Below, one piece after another: positions 26,571 to 40,399 of a stretch of DNA of 64,000 bases. Numbering within the stretch: the stretch's first letter is position 1; each line of letters begins with the position of its first letter. The DNA is from Octopus sinensis. Its lineage: Eukaryota. A program made the position numbers and the translations under genes. The stretch spans positions 72,044,001 through 72,108,000 of the forward strand of contig NC_043005.1 in assembly GCF_006345805.1 (NCBI RefSeq), read 5' to 3'. The notes beneath the pieces were generated by a model. The model was not told the origin of the DNA, ran no database searches, and saw nothing but the letters and a program-made list of their open reading frames with translations.

Positions 26571-27033
26571 TTTTATTTCTTTCAGTCACTAGACTAATGC
26601 TATGTTGAGGCACCACCTTTAGTGGACCCCAGGACTTACTCTTTGTAAGCCTAGTACTTATTCTATCCGTCTCTTTTGCCGAACTGCTAAGTGACTGGGA
26701 CATAAACACACCAGCATTGGTTGTCAAGTGATATTGGGGGGACAAACACAGACACACACATACACACACACACACAAACATATACACACACACACAAACA
26801 TACACACAGACACACACAGACACACACACAGACACACACACACACACACACACATATATATGTATATATATACATATATACGATGGCCTTCTTTCAGTTT
26901 CCGTCAACCAAATCCACTGACAAGGCTTTGGTCGGCTCGAAGCTATAGTAGAAGACACTTGCCCAGGGTGCCACACAGTTGGACTGAACTCGGAACCATG
27001 TGATTTGTAAGCAAGCTACTTACCACTCAGCCA
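26571..27033 (-). mobile_element. SINE family C with expanded (CA)n middle
   Basis: Reverse complement colinear with 1121-1515. Confidence 0.85.
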
Positions 27034-27055
27034 TACATATATATAATGTATATAT

Positions 27056-27123
<68 letters not shown>

Positions 27124-27127
27124 CATA

Positions 27128-27212
<85 letters not shown>

Positions 27213-27234
27213 ATATACATATATATATATATAT

Positions 27235-27270
<36 letters not shown>

Positions 27271-27271
27271 C

Positions 27272-27366
<95 letters not shown>

Positions 27367-27431
27367 CATATATATATATAATATATATATATATTATATA
27401 ATATATAATATATATATATATATACATACAT

Positions 27432-27494
<63 letters not shown>

Positions 27495-27499
<5 letters not shown>

Positions 27500-27871
27500 A
27501 GAAAGGTTGTAATAATTATTCAGTTAAGTTGCTGGAAAACTCACAACTTGGTAATGAATTCAGTCTGTCAAGAGCCATTATGTTGTGGTGCCATTAGACA
27601 ATATACATAATTGTACTTGTGTCAGTCTACCTATCTGCAAAGATAATGCATTCTTTTATGTATTGTTATATTCGTTAGTAGGAAGGTTTATTTAGTTGTT
27701 AGTTAGTGTTATTGATCCAGCTGTATTCAAATTCCTGAAGTTGCAAAAAAAAGCACCTCAACTATGCTTAGCATGAAAACAAAATTGATGTCAGACTTTA
27801 AAAATAGAATAAAAAATTTTTTATTTTCGATAATCTCATTTAATCCCTGGAATTGTAAAACAACAATAACA

Positions 27872-27903
<32 letters not shown>

Positions 27904-29004
27904 GGCAGTGTTGCAGTTATTCAGCTTCCAAGGCATGCTTTGTTGTTGTACACTTTTGATGAAAGGCATTCTGTCTGTAAATCATTTCTTTTCTTTTTCT
28001 TTTTCTTTCGGAATATAACCTCAGATTATCTTATTTAATCTGTCTCCTTTTTGTTATAAATTTAAAAACATTTTTTTTCTTTGTAATGGTAAGGTGTAAT
28101 TTGAAGAATTTTGGCTGCTATTTCTAGCATGTTTATCGATCATGCAGATGCTTCCCTTATTGACACGTGATGATGAATGCTATATTGGTGGTGGAAGTAA
28201 TAGTGGCACTGCTATTACAGTAAAAATCGTAGGGTTAAAGCACTGTATATAAAGAGAAAATATTCTTACTAAGGAATTCTCAGACACACGATTCAATGCA
28301 AAAAAAAAAAGAAAAACATGAAAAGAAAGAAAGCATTATTACGATGCCTACACAGCGTTACATAAGTTTACTGCATCTAACAATCGCATTATTTAAATTT
28401 ACTACTTATAACCCACAGTCAGTAACCTGAGCTAGTATCACAACTAAACATTGCTACTTGCTTAGGTTACTAATAATATAACTATATACAGCCGAATGAA
28501 ATATTTCTCTGCATAATTGCCATATATTAATGCATCTTTGGTATGCAACAACATGAGTAGAGGTTCCTACACAAACAGTATTTTGGTAATTACGGATAGA
28601 ATCATTTAGTTACAGGAACCAAATATAAACAGTTCAATTTTACAATGTGCTGATCTAATTAGTATTTCTTTTCGTTGTGTGTTTGTTCGTTTGTTTGTTG
28701 TTACTCCCACACATTAGTTTAATAAAGAAATAAACAGTAACAAAAGAAAAAAGGGAACTTCAACAAGGTTGCTTGACCTGGGGGAAATGGAAACCAAATT
28801 CCCTCAGATCATGTTTTTGCTCATATGTCTGCTTCTGCTCAACCTGGCCTGACCTGGAGCTTAACAACAAAGTCAGTTGCGTGACCTTTCATGATAGTGG
28901 CATCTCATAAATGTGCTATCACTTTTATCATCTTCAGAGGGTGAATGAAGCTTTACTTATATTATATATATATATAATATATAATATATATATATATACA
29001 TACA

Positions 29005-29041
<37 letters not shown>

Positions 29042-30542
29042 TATATATATGTATGTATATATATATATTTATAGTAGAAAGGTTGTAATAATTATTCAGT
29101 TAAGTTGCTGGAAAACTCACAACTTGGTAATGAATTTCAGTCTGTCAAGAGCCATTATGTTGTGGTGCCATTAGACAATATACATAATTGTACTTGTGTC
29201 AGTCTACCTATCTGCAAAGATAATGCATTCTTTTATGTATTGTTATATTCGTTAGTAGGAAGGTTTATTTAGTTGTTAGTTAGTGTTATTGATCCAGCTG
29301 TATTCAAATTCCTGAAGTTGCAAAAAAAAGCACCTCAACTATGCTTAGCATGAAAACAAAATTGATGTCAGACTTTAAAAATAGAATAAAAAATTTTTTT
29401 ATTTTCGATAATCTCATTTAATCCCTGGAAATTGTAAAACAACAATAACAATGATGATGATGATGATGGTGGTGGTGGTGATGGTGGTGGCAGTGTTGCA
29501 GTTATTCAGCTTCCAAGGCATGCTTTGTTGTTGTACACTTTTGATGAAAGGCATTCTGTCTGTAAATCATTTCTTTTCTTTTTCTTTTTCTTTCGGAATA
29601 TAACCTCAGATTATCTTATTTAATCTGTTCTCCTTTTTGTTATAAATTTAAAAACATTTTTTTTCTTTGTAATGGTAAGGTGTAATTTGAAGAATTTTGG
29701 CTGCTATTTCTAGCATGTTTATCGATCATGCAGATGCTTCCCTTATTGACACGTGATGATGAATGCTATATTGGTGGTGGAAGTAATAGTGGCACTGCTA
29801 TTACAGTAAAAATCGTAGGGTTAAAGCACTGTATATAAAGAGAAAATATTCTTACTAAGGAATTCTCAGACACACGATTCAATGCAAAAAAAAAAAGAAA
29901 AACATGAAAAGAAAGAAAGCATTATTACGATGCCTACACAGCGTTACATAAGTTTACTGCATCTAACAATCGCATTATTTAAATTTACTACTTATAACCC
30001 ACAGTCAGTAACCTGAGCTAGTATCACAACTAAACATTGCTACTTGCTTAGGTTACTAATAATATAACTATATACAGCCGAATGAAATATTTCTCTGCAT
30101 AATTGCCATATATTAATGCATCTTTGGTATGCAACAACATGAGTAGAGGTTCCTACACAAACAGTATTTTGGTAATTACGGATAGAATCATTTAGTTACA
30201 GGAACCAATATAAACAGTTCAATTTTACAATGTGCTGATCTAATTAGTATTTCTTTTCGTTGTGTGTTCGTTCGTTTGTTTGTTGTTACTCCCACACATT
30301 AGTTTAATAAAGAAATAAACAGTAACAAAAGAAAAAAGGGAACTTCAACAAGGTTGCTTGACCTGGGGGAAATGGCAACCAAATTCCCTCAGATCATGTT
30401 TTTGCTCATATGTCTGCTTCTGCTCAACCTGGCCTGACCTGGAGCTTAACAACAAAGTCAGTTGCGTGACCTTTCATGATAGTGGCATCTCATAAATGTG
30501 CTATCACTTTTATCATCTTCAGAGGGTGAATGAAGCTTTACT

Positions 30543-30545
<3 letters not shown>
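27495..30545. repeat. Tandem duplication of ~1.47 kb (27495-28960 and 29071-30545)
   Basis: Near-identical copies, offset 1576-1585, bounded by (AT)n on all sides. Confidence 0.95.
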
Positions 30546-30584
<39 letters not shown>

Positions 30585-30988
30585 AATAGATGTGTGTATT
30601 TTTCCCTTGTTAACAATTAACATGGAAAATATAGATAAATAGTTACCAGGGTAGCAAAAAATCACACAAGTAAAAAGGTTGTAACTCCTTGTTTTTAAAG
30701 GTAGAAACTTTGGGTTTACATGAAATATTTTGTATAATATATATAAATAAATAAATAGAGTACACATATCCATCATTTTCTGTTAAAATGTCTTATTGAC
30801 GGGTTTCATTTCTTCATTTCCCTGAAAAGAAGATTACATTGTTTTACACCATTTTATTCCTTCGAAATAATACCAGTAATATCTTCGAAACATGTGTCAG
30901 AAGTAAAAGCATTTGAATAACACCTGCGTTTAGCTCCATTTATTTATTTATATATATGTATACATATATATATATATACACACACTTA

Positions 30989-31045
30989 CAGGGTGTGCCA
31001 AAAGTCATGCACCAAAACAGTTGACATTTTATATAAGCTATGTTG
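30989..31045 (+). mobile_element. Possible single Tc1/mariner-type terminus
   Basis: TA followed by CAGGGTGTGCCAAAAGTC; no partner TIR found. Confidence 0.3.
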
Positions 31046-33345
31046 TTGTAATTATTATTATTAATATTATTATTATTATTATTATTATATTATTATTATT
31101 ATTATCAGTTTTGATCACCACAGGCTTTTGCCAGTGAAGCGGATGCAGAAGCTATTAGGCCCCAGCTTTTCATAAAGGCATTTGTAAAATGCCAGGAATA
31201 GTTACCATAGGGAATCAAAACTGGTTAACAGACATGCCTTGTTAAGATCTTATTACTTAAATTTGCAGACCTTGCAATTTGGTTATTTGTATTATTTATA
31301 TACACTAGTATTGCAGTATAAAATTCTACATACACCAGTTGGAGTATTAAGAATCCTTCACATACGGCAGCAAACCATTATTGGCAGTGACGTTACTGAA
31401 CATTAATAATTCAGTATAAACCGCAATATAATATCAATTAACATTCGGGGAGAAATATAGATATTACTAACAGTGACACTGTTTATACATCACTAACCAC
31501 CACGGTGATGACAATCCATTAGAAACTACTGCTTAACAAGCTAAAGTAGGTAGATGTCTTCACATGGTTGCACGGCTTGCTAGAAATAACAGTCAGAATC
31601 ACAACACCCTCTCTCTCAAATTACACCATACTGTGTTAAAAAAATCATGGTAACACAGACATTGGTTAATGTTGTCTGTTATAAACTATGCTTGAAATGT
31701 GGGGATGGTCATGTTTGGCATGTTCTTGTTTATATGTTTGCTTGATCAGGGTAGAGACATAAGGGCTGAACCACAACAGTGACTACTATAGAATTGTTAT
31801 GTTCGCATCTCTAAACCATTTACCGATAACCACCAAAAACCCACTGCTTTCTACGGCATGGCAGTGCTTCATTAGAATTAGTTACTTTATCTTTTCCTTC
31901 CTTTTTTTTTTCTTCCTCCCGAATGGCTAAAGAATTCTCCTGTAAAATGCTCTACATCAAGTCTTTAAAAACAATAAATCAAATTTCAAATTACCTCATT
32001 TTGTAGGTGGCTTTTAGACTACTTAAACAGCATCATTCTTCTAAAGAATTTTTGAAAAAAAAAAAAAATAAATAAATAAATAAAAGGAACAAACACACAA
32101 AAAAAACCCCCAGTTTAATCGGCATCAGAAAGAAACAGTTGTTTTTATTTATTTTATATATGTATGTATATATATATTTGTCTTTTTTATTTTTTCTCAT
32201 TATCTATAGAGTAGACAATATATTAGTGCATCATTCTTCTATAGCATAAACACTATCAAGCAAAATAGACAGTTGGGGTACTTGTTTGAATAGAAAGAAA
32301 ATAAAATAGAAAATAGAAAACTAAATACTAAGCACCGACAACAATAACAGCAACAACGACAGCAATAGCAACAACAACAACAACAACAACAAAAATCAAT
32401 CAATAGCTTTGTTTTTATTTTTATGGTGATCACCATTGCTTCCTTGTCTGCTACTAACTGATGCAACTGTGGATGGGTTATTATTGTTATTTCAATCTTC
32501 GTCATCATCATCATCGCCGTCGTCGTCGTCATCATCACAATCACCATTGTCAATCGTTGTTGTTGTAGTTGTTGTTGCTAATGTTATTACTGTTGTCTCT
32601 GATGTTGTTACTCTTGCAACTACACCTACTGCTGTTGCTAATGCTATTATGTATTCTCTCGCTAAATGCCGCCACTGCTGTCTTCCGCTGCTGTAGCTTC
32701 TACTACAAAAACAACAACAACTACTACTACAACCAACACCGCCAACACCACCACCACTACCACCACCAGCACCTGCACCATCGCTGCTACTGCTGCCGCT
32801 ATATTTTTGCTAATACTTCTCTATGCATCCTACTGTTGCTAAACATGATGGCTGAGACAGTAGAAGCATGGCTAACTGCTGCTAGCATAACAACTTTCAT
32901 ACCTCACCGTTCTGATTTCAAATCCTGTTGTGAGGTGGTAGTTGACTTTTATTTGTTCTTTTATTTTTATATTTATAGTAAGCGATGTAGTCAGTACCAG
33001 TAGTATATTGGGGTAGAATCAGAGGCTTGTAGCTACTTGTTTTTCAATGAGAAAAACAAATCCAGTTTTAACAGGACATGGTTTTGTGCCCTATTAAAAG
33101 AAATCAACAATAATAATAATGTAATTAGGATTTTTCTTAGTTCTGAGACTATGAGTGCAGTCAACAGAAACAACTTGAATGCATTTTGGTACTGGCATAG
33201 CTGTGGAGTTAAGAAACTCACTTTACAATCAGGTGGTTTCAGGTTCAGTCCTACTGAGCAGTACCTTGAGCCAAGGGTCTTCTACTATAGCTCCAGGTTG
33301 ATCAATGCCTGGTGAGTGAATTTGATAGATATTGTGTGTGGGCAC

Positions 33346-33393
<48 letters not shown>

Positions 33394-33411
33394 CGTATAC
33401 ATATACAAATG

Positions 33412-33443
<32 letters not shown>

Positions 33444-33660
33444 ATATATATATAATCTTTTAGGAAAAAGTGTGTGGATGTAATAAATGAACATAGGGGA
33501 TTCGCTGTATATATATATTATATATATATAATATATATATATATATACATATGTATATATATATATATATTATATATATACGTATATATATATATTTATA
33601 CATACATATATATATGTATATAAATACATATATACATACGTCTATATATATATAGATACG

Positions 33661-33716
<56 letters not shown>

Positions 33717-33772
33717 TAAATCTTTTAGGAAAAAGTGTGTGGATGTAATAAATGAACATAGGGGATTTGCTG

Positions 33773-33803
<31 letters not shown>

Positions 33804-33926
33804 TATATGTATATATATATATATACATATGTATATATATATATTATACGTATATATATATATTTATACATACATATAATATATATATAATACATATATA
33901 CATACGTCTATATATATATAGATACG

Positions 33927-33960
<34 letters not shown>

Positions 33961-34829
33961 TACATATGTATATATATATATGTATATATGTATATATATA
34001 TATCTGTATGTATATATATATATATATATATATCATTACATTCATCATCATCATTTAACATCTGTTTTCCATGCTGGAATGGCTTCGATATTTGACAGGA
34101 GCTAGTTAGCCGCAGAGCTATCTGGACTCCATGTCTGTTTTGACATTGTTTTGGCATGTGTGTGTATGTGTGTGTGTGTTTGTACCTACCTCACCACTTG
34201 ATAACTGGTGTTTGTTTGTTTTTGTTCCCATAATTTAGCAGTTCCGCAATAGTGACCAACACACACATACACACACAATGAGCTTCCACACAATTTCTCT
34301 TCTCCAATTCAATCACAAAGCATTGGTCAGTCTGAAGCTGTAGTAAAAGGCAAATTCCCAAGGCTCTGTACAGTGGGACAGAACCCAAAACCATACATTT
34401 TCAAAATGAATATCTTAACCTCTCTTAGCCTGTGCCTATGAATAGCGATTTTTTGTAGAGTCATCACTGCAATGTTTAATAATGGAAATTTAAACCCATC
34501 TATCCCTTTCACTCATTCACTGTATTGAAAAGTATCTTAACATGGAAATCCTACTTAATGCAAGCCAGTATAATGATCACCAAGGGAATCTGTTTTTAAA
34601 GTAATTGCTATGTTAATGGATGTGCAAGGGATATTCATCAAGCATTGTTGCTTTCTTTGTCTGTGGGACAGTTGTGCTATTACAAATTATTATAATAGAA
34701 GAGAATGGTTAACAAGGTCTTCATATATTCCTGAAAGAAACCAACATTTAGTTATTTCTTTTAGTTGTTCTCAAGACATTATTTTTACCACCTCTTCACA
34801 TTAAACTTGGTTTAATGAATATATTTGTC

Positions 34830-35230
34830 AATGCCATCGGCAAAAAGAATATCTAAGAAGATTCAGAATGCTCCCAGAGATATTTTTCAAATCAAGTGTT
34901 TCGGAATTTGTGATAGTAGTTTTTATAGGACCACAAAACCGAAAGGTATTCAAAGATGAAATTTTTTATGCAACCCCACACAGCACCGGAATTCAGCATG
35001 CTTTCAAATGGGCTTCTGGTTACCTCTTAGAAAATTACAGGTTTTCTTCTGTTCAAAATACAGTCAAGAAAATGGCCTAGGTTTCCAAAGATATTTAATG
35101 CAGCGAATCCCCTACGTTCATTTATTACATCCACACATTTTTTTCCTAAAAGATTTTGGTGAAGTTTGCAATGAACAAATAGAAATTTCAATGGACTATT
35201 ATATCTAAAATGTTGGTTAAGGATTCTAGA
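34830..35230 (+). pseudogene. DNA transposase relic, Chapaev3-like C-terminal region
   Basis: Frameshifted translation VFIGPQNRKVFKDEIF...HAFK...LENYR and VHLLHPHIFF..DFGEVCNEQ.E resembles the FVGPQIRKL..D..F / HFLHSHLDFFP.NLG.VS.E.GERFHQ motifs; family name recalled, not searched. Confidence 0.65.
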
Positions 35231-35267
35231 ATGAAAATATAATGGCAAACTATTGTGGAATATTATA

Positions 35268-35670
35268 CAGGAGTAGCTGTGTGGTAAGTAGCTTACTTAC
35301 CAACCACATGGTTCCGGGTTCAGTCCCACTGCATGGCACTTTCAGCAAGTGTCTTCAACTATAGCCTCAGGCCCACCAAAGACTTGTGAATGGATTTGGT
35401 AGATGGAAACTGAAAGAAGCCCATCATGTATATGTATATGTATGTGTGAGTGTATATGTTTGTGTGTCTGTGTTTGTCCCCCCAACATCGCTTGACAACC
35501 AATGCTGGTGTGTTTGCGTCCCCGTAACTTAGCGATTTGGCAAAAGAGACCGATAGAATAAGTACTTGGCTTACAAAGAATAAGTCCTGGGGTCGATTTG
35601 CTCGACTAAAGGCAGTGCTCCAGCATGGCCACAGTCAAATGACTGAAACAAGTAATAGAGTAAAAGAGAG
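35268..35670 (+). mobile_element. SINE family C, full length
   Basis: Colinear with 1121-1515. Confidence 0.9.
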
Positions 35671-35830
35671 TAAAGAGTATATTTACAAGAAAACTTCCTA
35701 CTTATCTCCTTTCTGGTTCCATGTATATGTATTATATACAGACTCTTGTAATAAATTTCTATCAATTTGTGTGTCTATCCGTCTGTCTGTCTATCTACCA
35801 GCCTATCTACCTACCTATCTATCTACCTCC

Positions 35831-35886
<56 letters not shown>

Positions 35887-35939
35887 GTACCTATCTCTCT
35901 CTGTCTGTCTCTGTCTATATATATATATATATATATATA

Positions 35940-36374
35940 CTCTTTTACTCTTTTACTTGTTTCAGTCATTTGACTGCGGCCATGCTGGAGCACCACCTTT
36001 AGTCGAGCAAATCGACCCCGGGACTTATTCTTTGTAAGCCCAGTACTTATTCTATCGGTCTCTTTTGCCGAACCGCTAAGTGATGGGGACGTAAACACAC
36101 CAACATCGGTTGTCAAGCAATGCTAGGGGGACAAACACAGACACAAACATACATACACATATATATTTATATATATAATATCTATATATATATATATATA
36201 TATACATAATAATACGATGGGCTTCTTTCAGTTTCCATCTACCAAATCCACTCACAAGGCTTTGGTCGGCCCAAGGCTATATAGAAGACACTTGCCCAAG
36301 ATGCCACCAGTGGGACTGAACCCAGAACCATGTGGTTGGTAAGCAAGCTACTTACCACACAGCCACTCCTGCCC
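35940..36374 (-). mobile_element. SINE family C, full length
   Basis: Inverted relative to 35268-35670. Confidence 0.9.
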
Positions 36375-36410
36375 TATTATATATATAATTATAATTATAT
36401 TTTATCATAT

Positions 36411-36640
36411 TTCCTTGGCTATGTGTCCTCCCAGCTGGACATACACCAGCCATCGCAGCGTTACTCAAGAAACGGAAGAAAGAGTGAGAGAAAGTTGGGG
36501 TGAAGAGTACAACAGGGTCGCCACCACCCCCTGCTGGATCCTCATGGAGCTTTAGCTGTTTTCGCTCAATAAACACACTCACAACGCCTGGTTGGGTAAT
36601 CGAAACCATGATCCTCCAACCGCTAGTCCACTGCCTTTAA
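36411..36640 (-). mobile_element. SINE: head/body A + tail Y
   Basis: Body matches 45336-45714; tail matches 39638-39886. Confidence 0.8.
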
Positions 36641-36960
36641 AGACTCCGCCGGTACGACGACGAGGGTCCCAGCTGATACGATCAACGGAACAGCTTGCTC
36701 GTGAAATTAACGTGCAAATGGCTGAGCATTCCACAGACACGTGTACCCTTAACGTAGTTTCGGGGATAACAGCGTACAACAGAGGTTGACCAAGGCTGAC
36801 CCTTTGAAATACAAGTACAACTCATTTTTGGCCAGCTGAGTGGACTGAGCAACGTGAAAATAAAGTGTCTTGCTCAAGGACAACGCGTCGCCGGGAATCG
36901 AACTCACAACCTTACGATCATGAGCCGAATGCCCTAACCACTGGGCCATTGCGCCTCCAC
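36641..36960 (-). mobile_element. SINE: head/body B + tail X
   Basis: GTGGAGGCGCAATGGCCCAGTGG A-box, GAGTTCGATTCC B-box; body matches 39638-39886, tail matches 45336-45714. Confidence 0.85.
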
Positions 36961-38199
36961 ATACACACACACACACACACTCACACACACCCATATATAT
37001 ATATGTATGTATGTATATATATATCTGTCTATGTGTGTGTGTGTGTGTATGGTATCTGAGTACATTTTTGTATTTTGTTGTTTCTAGTCACTCACCACTT
37101 GGAGTTACTGTTGGCATGTATCTGCCAGTAAGAGTTGATCACATATCTTTACTTGGAAAGATCTTCTCCGAGCCACTGACCTAGGGAAGATTTTCTTTTT
37201 TATAGCTCAATCTTAGTAACCTATTCACCAAGTTTATCCTCCTTATGGCACTGACATTCTCCAAAAGTGGCTTACACAGATTGGCACCACTCTCGTTCCA
37301 GTCAAACATTGAATACCAAGAGCTGGAACAAATACCACTAAGCATTTTGTCCATCCCTCTTACACGTTTCTGCTAATCTGCCACCCACGTCTAGTACTTA
37401 ATTTTATCAACCCCATCCCCCCCAGATGGATGGTAGGCACAGTTGAGCGCAGCAGAATTTGAATAGTCATAACAAATAATGTAAGGTATTTTATTTGAAG
37501 TTCTAATGATTCTGCCAACCCACCTGTTGTTATTATAATTAAAACACCTACAGGATCAATGTTATTAATTCTCTCAGCATGATGTTTCTTCTGATAAAGC
37601 TACCTCATTATTGCAATCATAAAATTTATTTAGCATGAGACTCCTGTATATGAATAATTTTAAATGAATAAAAAAAAAAAATCACTCACAAAACTTCTCT
37701 TGGAAACCACATCAGCTACCCCACCTCTTCCCCCAGTTTCCAAAGAGTTTGTCTTGAAAGGGGTTGTTACCATGGTTATTATCCTCTGATAGATGTGAGG
37801 TCAGGGCTGTTTATGCTCCTAACGAATAAAACTGCATGCTAACAGCTGCAGGAATAATCATGGGCAGGAAGTGAATTCTAGAGGGATGGTAATCCAGGAA
37901 GGAAGGATTGGATTAGAGATTAATGCAGGTATGAATGGATTAGTGATTAATGTGGCTGATACAATATGAGTGGTTTGGGGAGGAGAGATGTGTGAGTTGG
38001 GTGGGCTGCAATACATGTAGCATTCTTCTTTGTTTTTATTCTACTTGTTTCAGTCATTTCACTGCTGCACCGCTTTTATTCGAACAAATTGACCCTAGGA
38101 CTTATTCTCTAGTATTTATTCCTTTGGTCTCTTTTGCCAAACCACTAAGTTACAGATCAGTTGTTAGGCAATGGCAAGGGGACAAACACAGACACACAA

Positions 38200-38237
<38 letters not shown>

Positions 38238-38392
38238 ACTCCAAACTTACAGGGAAAAATTCAATTTAGTATTAAATCAAATTTCACAATATAAATATAA
38301 TATATATATATATATATATATGTGTTCGTATATGTAAGTAAATAGTATGTTGTGTATATATATATATTTGTATTTATGTGCTTTCTGAGTAT

Positions 38393-38451
38393 ATTCCACT
38401 GATGAAGGCAGAGCATTTCTAGTGCAGAGTCAGAAATCCGGGATCTGGAAT
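38393..38451 (+). ncRNA. Type I hammerhead ribozyme-like motif
   Basis: ATTCCA CTGATGA A..stem II..A GAAA, ATCC-G-GGAT, C, TGGAAT; 6-bp stem I, AUC site at 38445. Confidence 0.7.
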
Positions 38452-38595
38452 TATCCAGTAATTTTTTTGCTAGTTTATTTTGTCTCTTTCTCTTCTCTCC
38501 TGATGCTGTATGAACATTTAATGTGGTTTTAGAGTCAAGTTTTGACTGCTATTTCCTGCGTGGTGGTATCTCTTAGATACCCTAAATTATAATTT

Positions 38596-38629
<34 letters not shown>

Positions 38630-38636
38630 TTTTATA

Positions 38637-38860
38637 TTGCTCACAAGGGGCGAAACATAGAGGGGACAAACAAGGACAGACAAAGGGATTAAGTCGATTA
38701 CATCGACCCCAGTGCAAAACTGGTACTTTATTTATCGACCCCGAAAGGATGAAAGGCAAAGTCGACCTCGGTGGAATTTGAACTCAGAACGTAACGGCAG
38801 ACGAAATATGGCTACGTATTTCTCCTGGCGTACTAACGTTTCTGCCAGCTCCCCACCTTT
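38637..38860 (-). mobile_element. SINE family M, full length
   Basis: Near-identical to 14366-14598. Confidence 0.9.
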
Positions 38861-39637
38861 TACATATATATATATGTACATGACAAGCTTCTTTCAGTTT
38901 CCATCTACCAAATCCACTCACAAGGCTTTCGTCAGCTGGTCAGCCTGAGGCTATAGAAGGCACTTGCCCAAAGTGCCATGAAATATGCATACTTTATTCT
39001 TCAATACCCATTCTCAGTTACATCATCATCATCATCATCATTGTTTTAACATCCTCTTCTACATACTTGCATGGGTCAGACAAAGTTTATTGAGTCGTAT
39101 TTTTACAGTGAGATGCCCTTCCTGTCACCAACCTTCATCTGTTTCCAAAGAAAGTAATATTTCCCCCAAGCCAAACAGGAAGAGAGTTTGTCAGAATATT
39201 CTTCATATATCTTCAATATTTTACTACAATCAGTTTGTCTACTATCTTCAAAAAAGTTCCAGACTTTATTCTATATAGTTTTATTATCATACCCAAGTTT
39301 TAATATTATGCAAGAATGCTGTTTATCTTTATTTGCTGATAGGCATAATTCTTTGATCGGTTTCCAACTTTTGGTTTCTTCATCTTTGATGACCATTTGA
39401 AAGAGTTTCGTTTTATATTTTTGAGTCTTACTGCATATCGAAGAAAAATATTAATTTCATTGTTATTTTCTACAGCTGCCCGACCATTTTGTTTTTCTTC
39501 ATCAGAAATTTTCAGCAACCTACACGTTTCCCAGTAGCAGCTGGCTAATTTGTCTACCATGTAAAGAAAGATAGTCAGTGGGAGTCAAAATTGGTAACCT
39601 GAAAAACAAAAAATATTTTTATGACATTATTATTACT

Positions 39638-39886
39638 GTGGAGGCATGTAGCTTAGTGGTTAGGGTGTCGGCACCATGATCATAAGATTGTGGTTTCGAT
39701 TCCTGGAGTGGGCGACGCGTTATGTTCTTGAGCAAAACACTTCATTTCACATTGCTCCAGTCCACTCAGCTGGCAAAAAGGAGTAACGCTGCAATAGACT
39801 GGCATCCCATCCAGCTGGGAAACACATATGCCATGGAAACTGGGAAACCAGGCCCATGAGCCTTGCTAGGCTTTAAAAGGGTGCAT
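39638..39886 (+). mobile_element. SINE: head/body B + tail Y
   Basis: TAGCTTAGTGG A-box, GTTTCGATTCC B-box, CORE-like GTTCTTGAGCAAAACACTT, V-like GACTGGCATCCCATCCAG. Confidence 0.85.
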
Positions 39887-40399
39887 TTATATATTTTTAT
39901 TATTATTACTATTATTATTATCAAAGGAGAAGGGCTCTTGCCTTGTTGATCAGGCACCCGTGGCTTTTGTGGGTTTTTCCATGAGGACCTAAAAGTGCCA
40001 CCCCTATTGAGATTTTTAATTTGTTCAATTTTAATTGTTATTTATAATGTTTACACATGGAAAACCCATTGTATCATCCTATTTTTTGTCTTTAATGTTG
40101 TTGTATGTCCTCCTTGTGGCTAATAAATGAATAAATTATGATTATCATTATTTTTGAATACATTAGACAGTATCCAATACTGTGATGTTGTAGGTTGAAA
40201 ATACTGTGTGCACCAGGGATTTGTACTCTGTCAAGTCACAACAAGGATCTCCGACAGACACTACTTTATGCAGTATGCATGCAGTTCCAAGTAATGATAG
40301 CAACAATACTAATAACAATGATATAATTAAAACTGAGTGACAGAGAAGTGCATGTCATCAATGTGACACTGGGGTAAAAATATTCAAAACCCAGTATAC

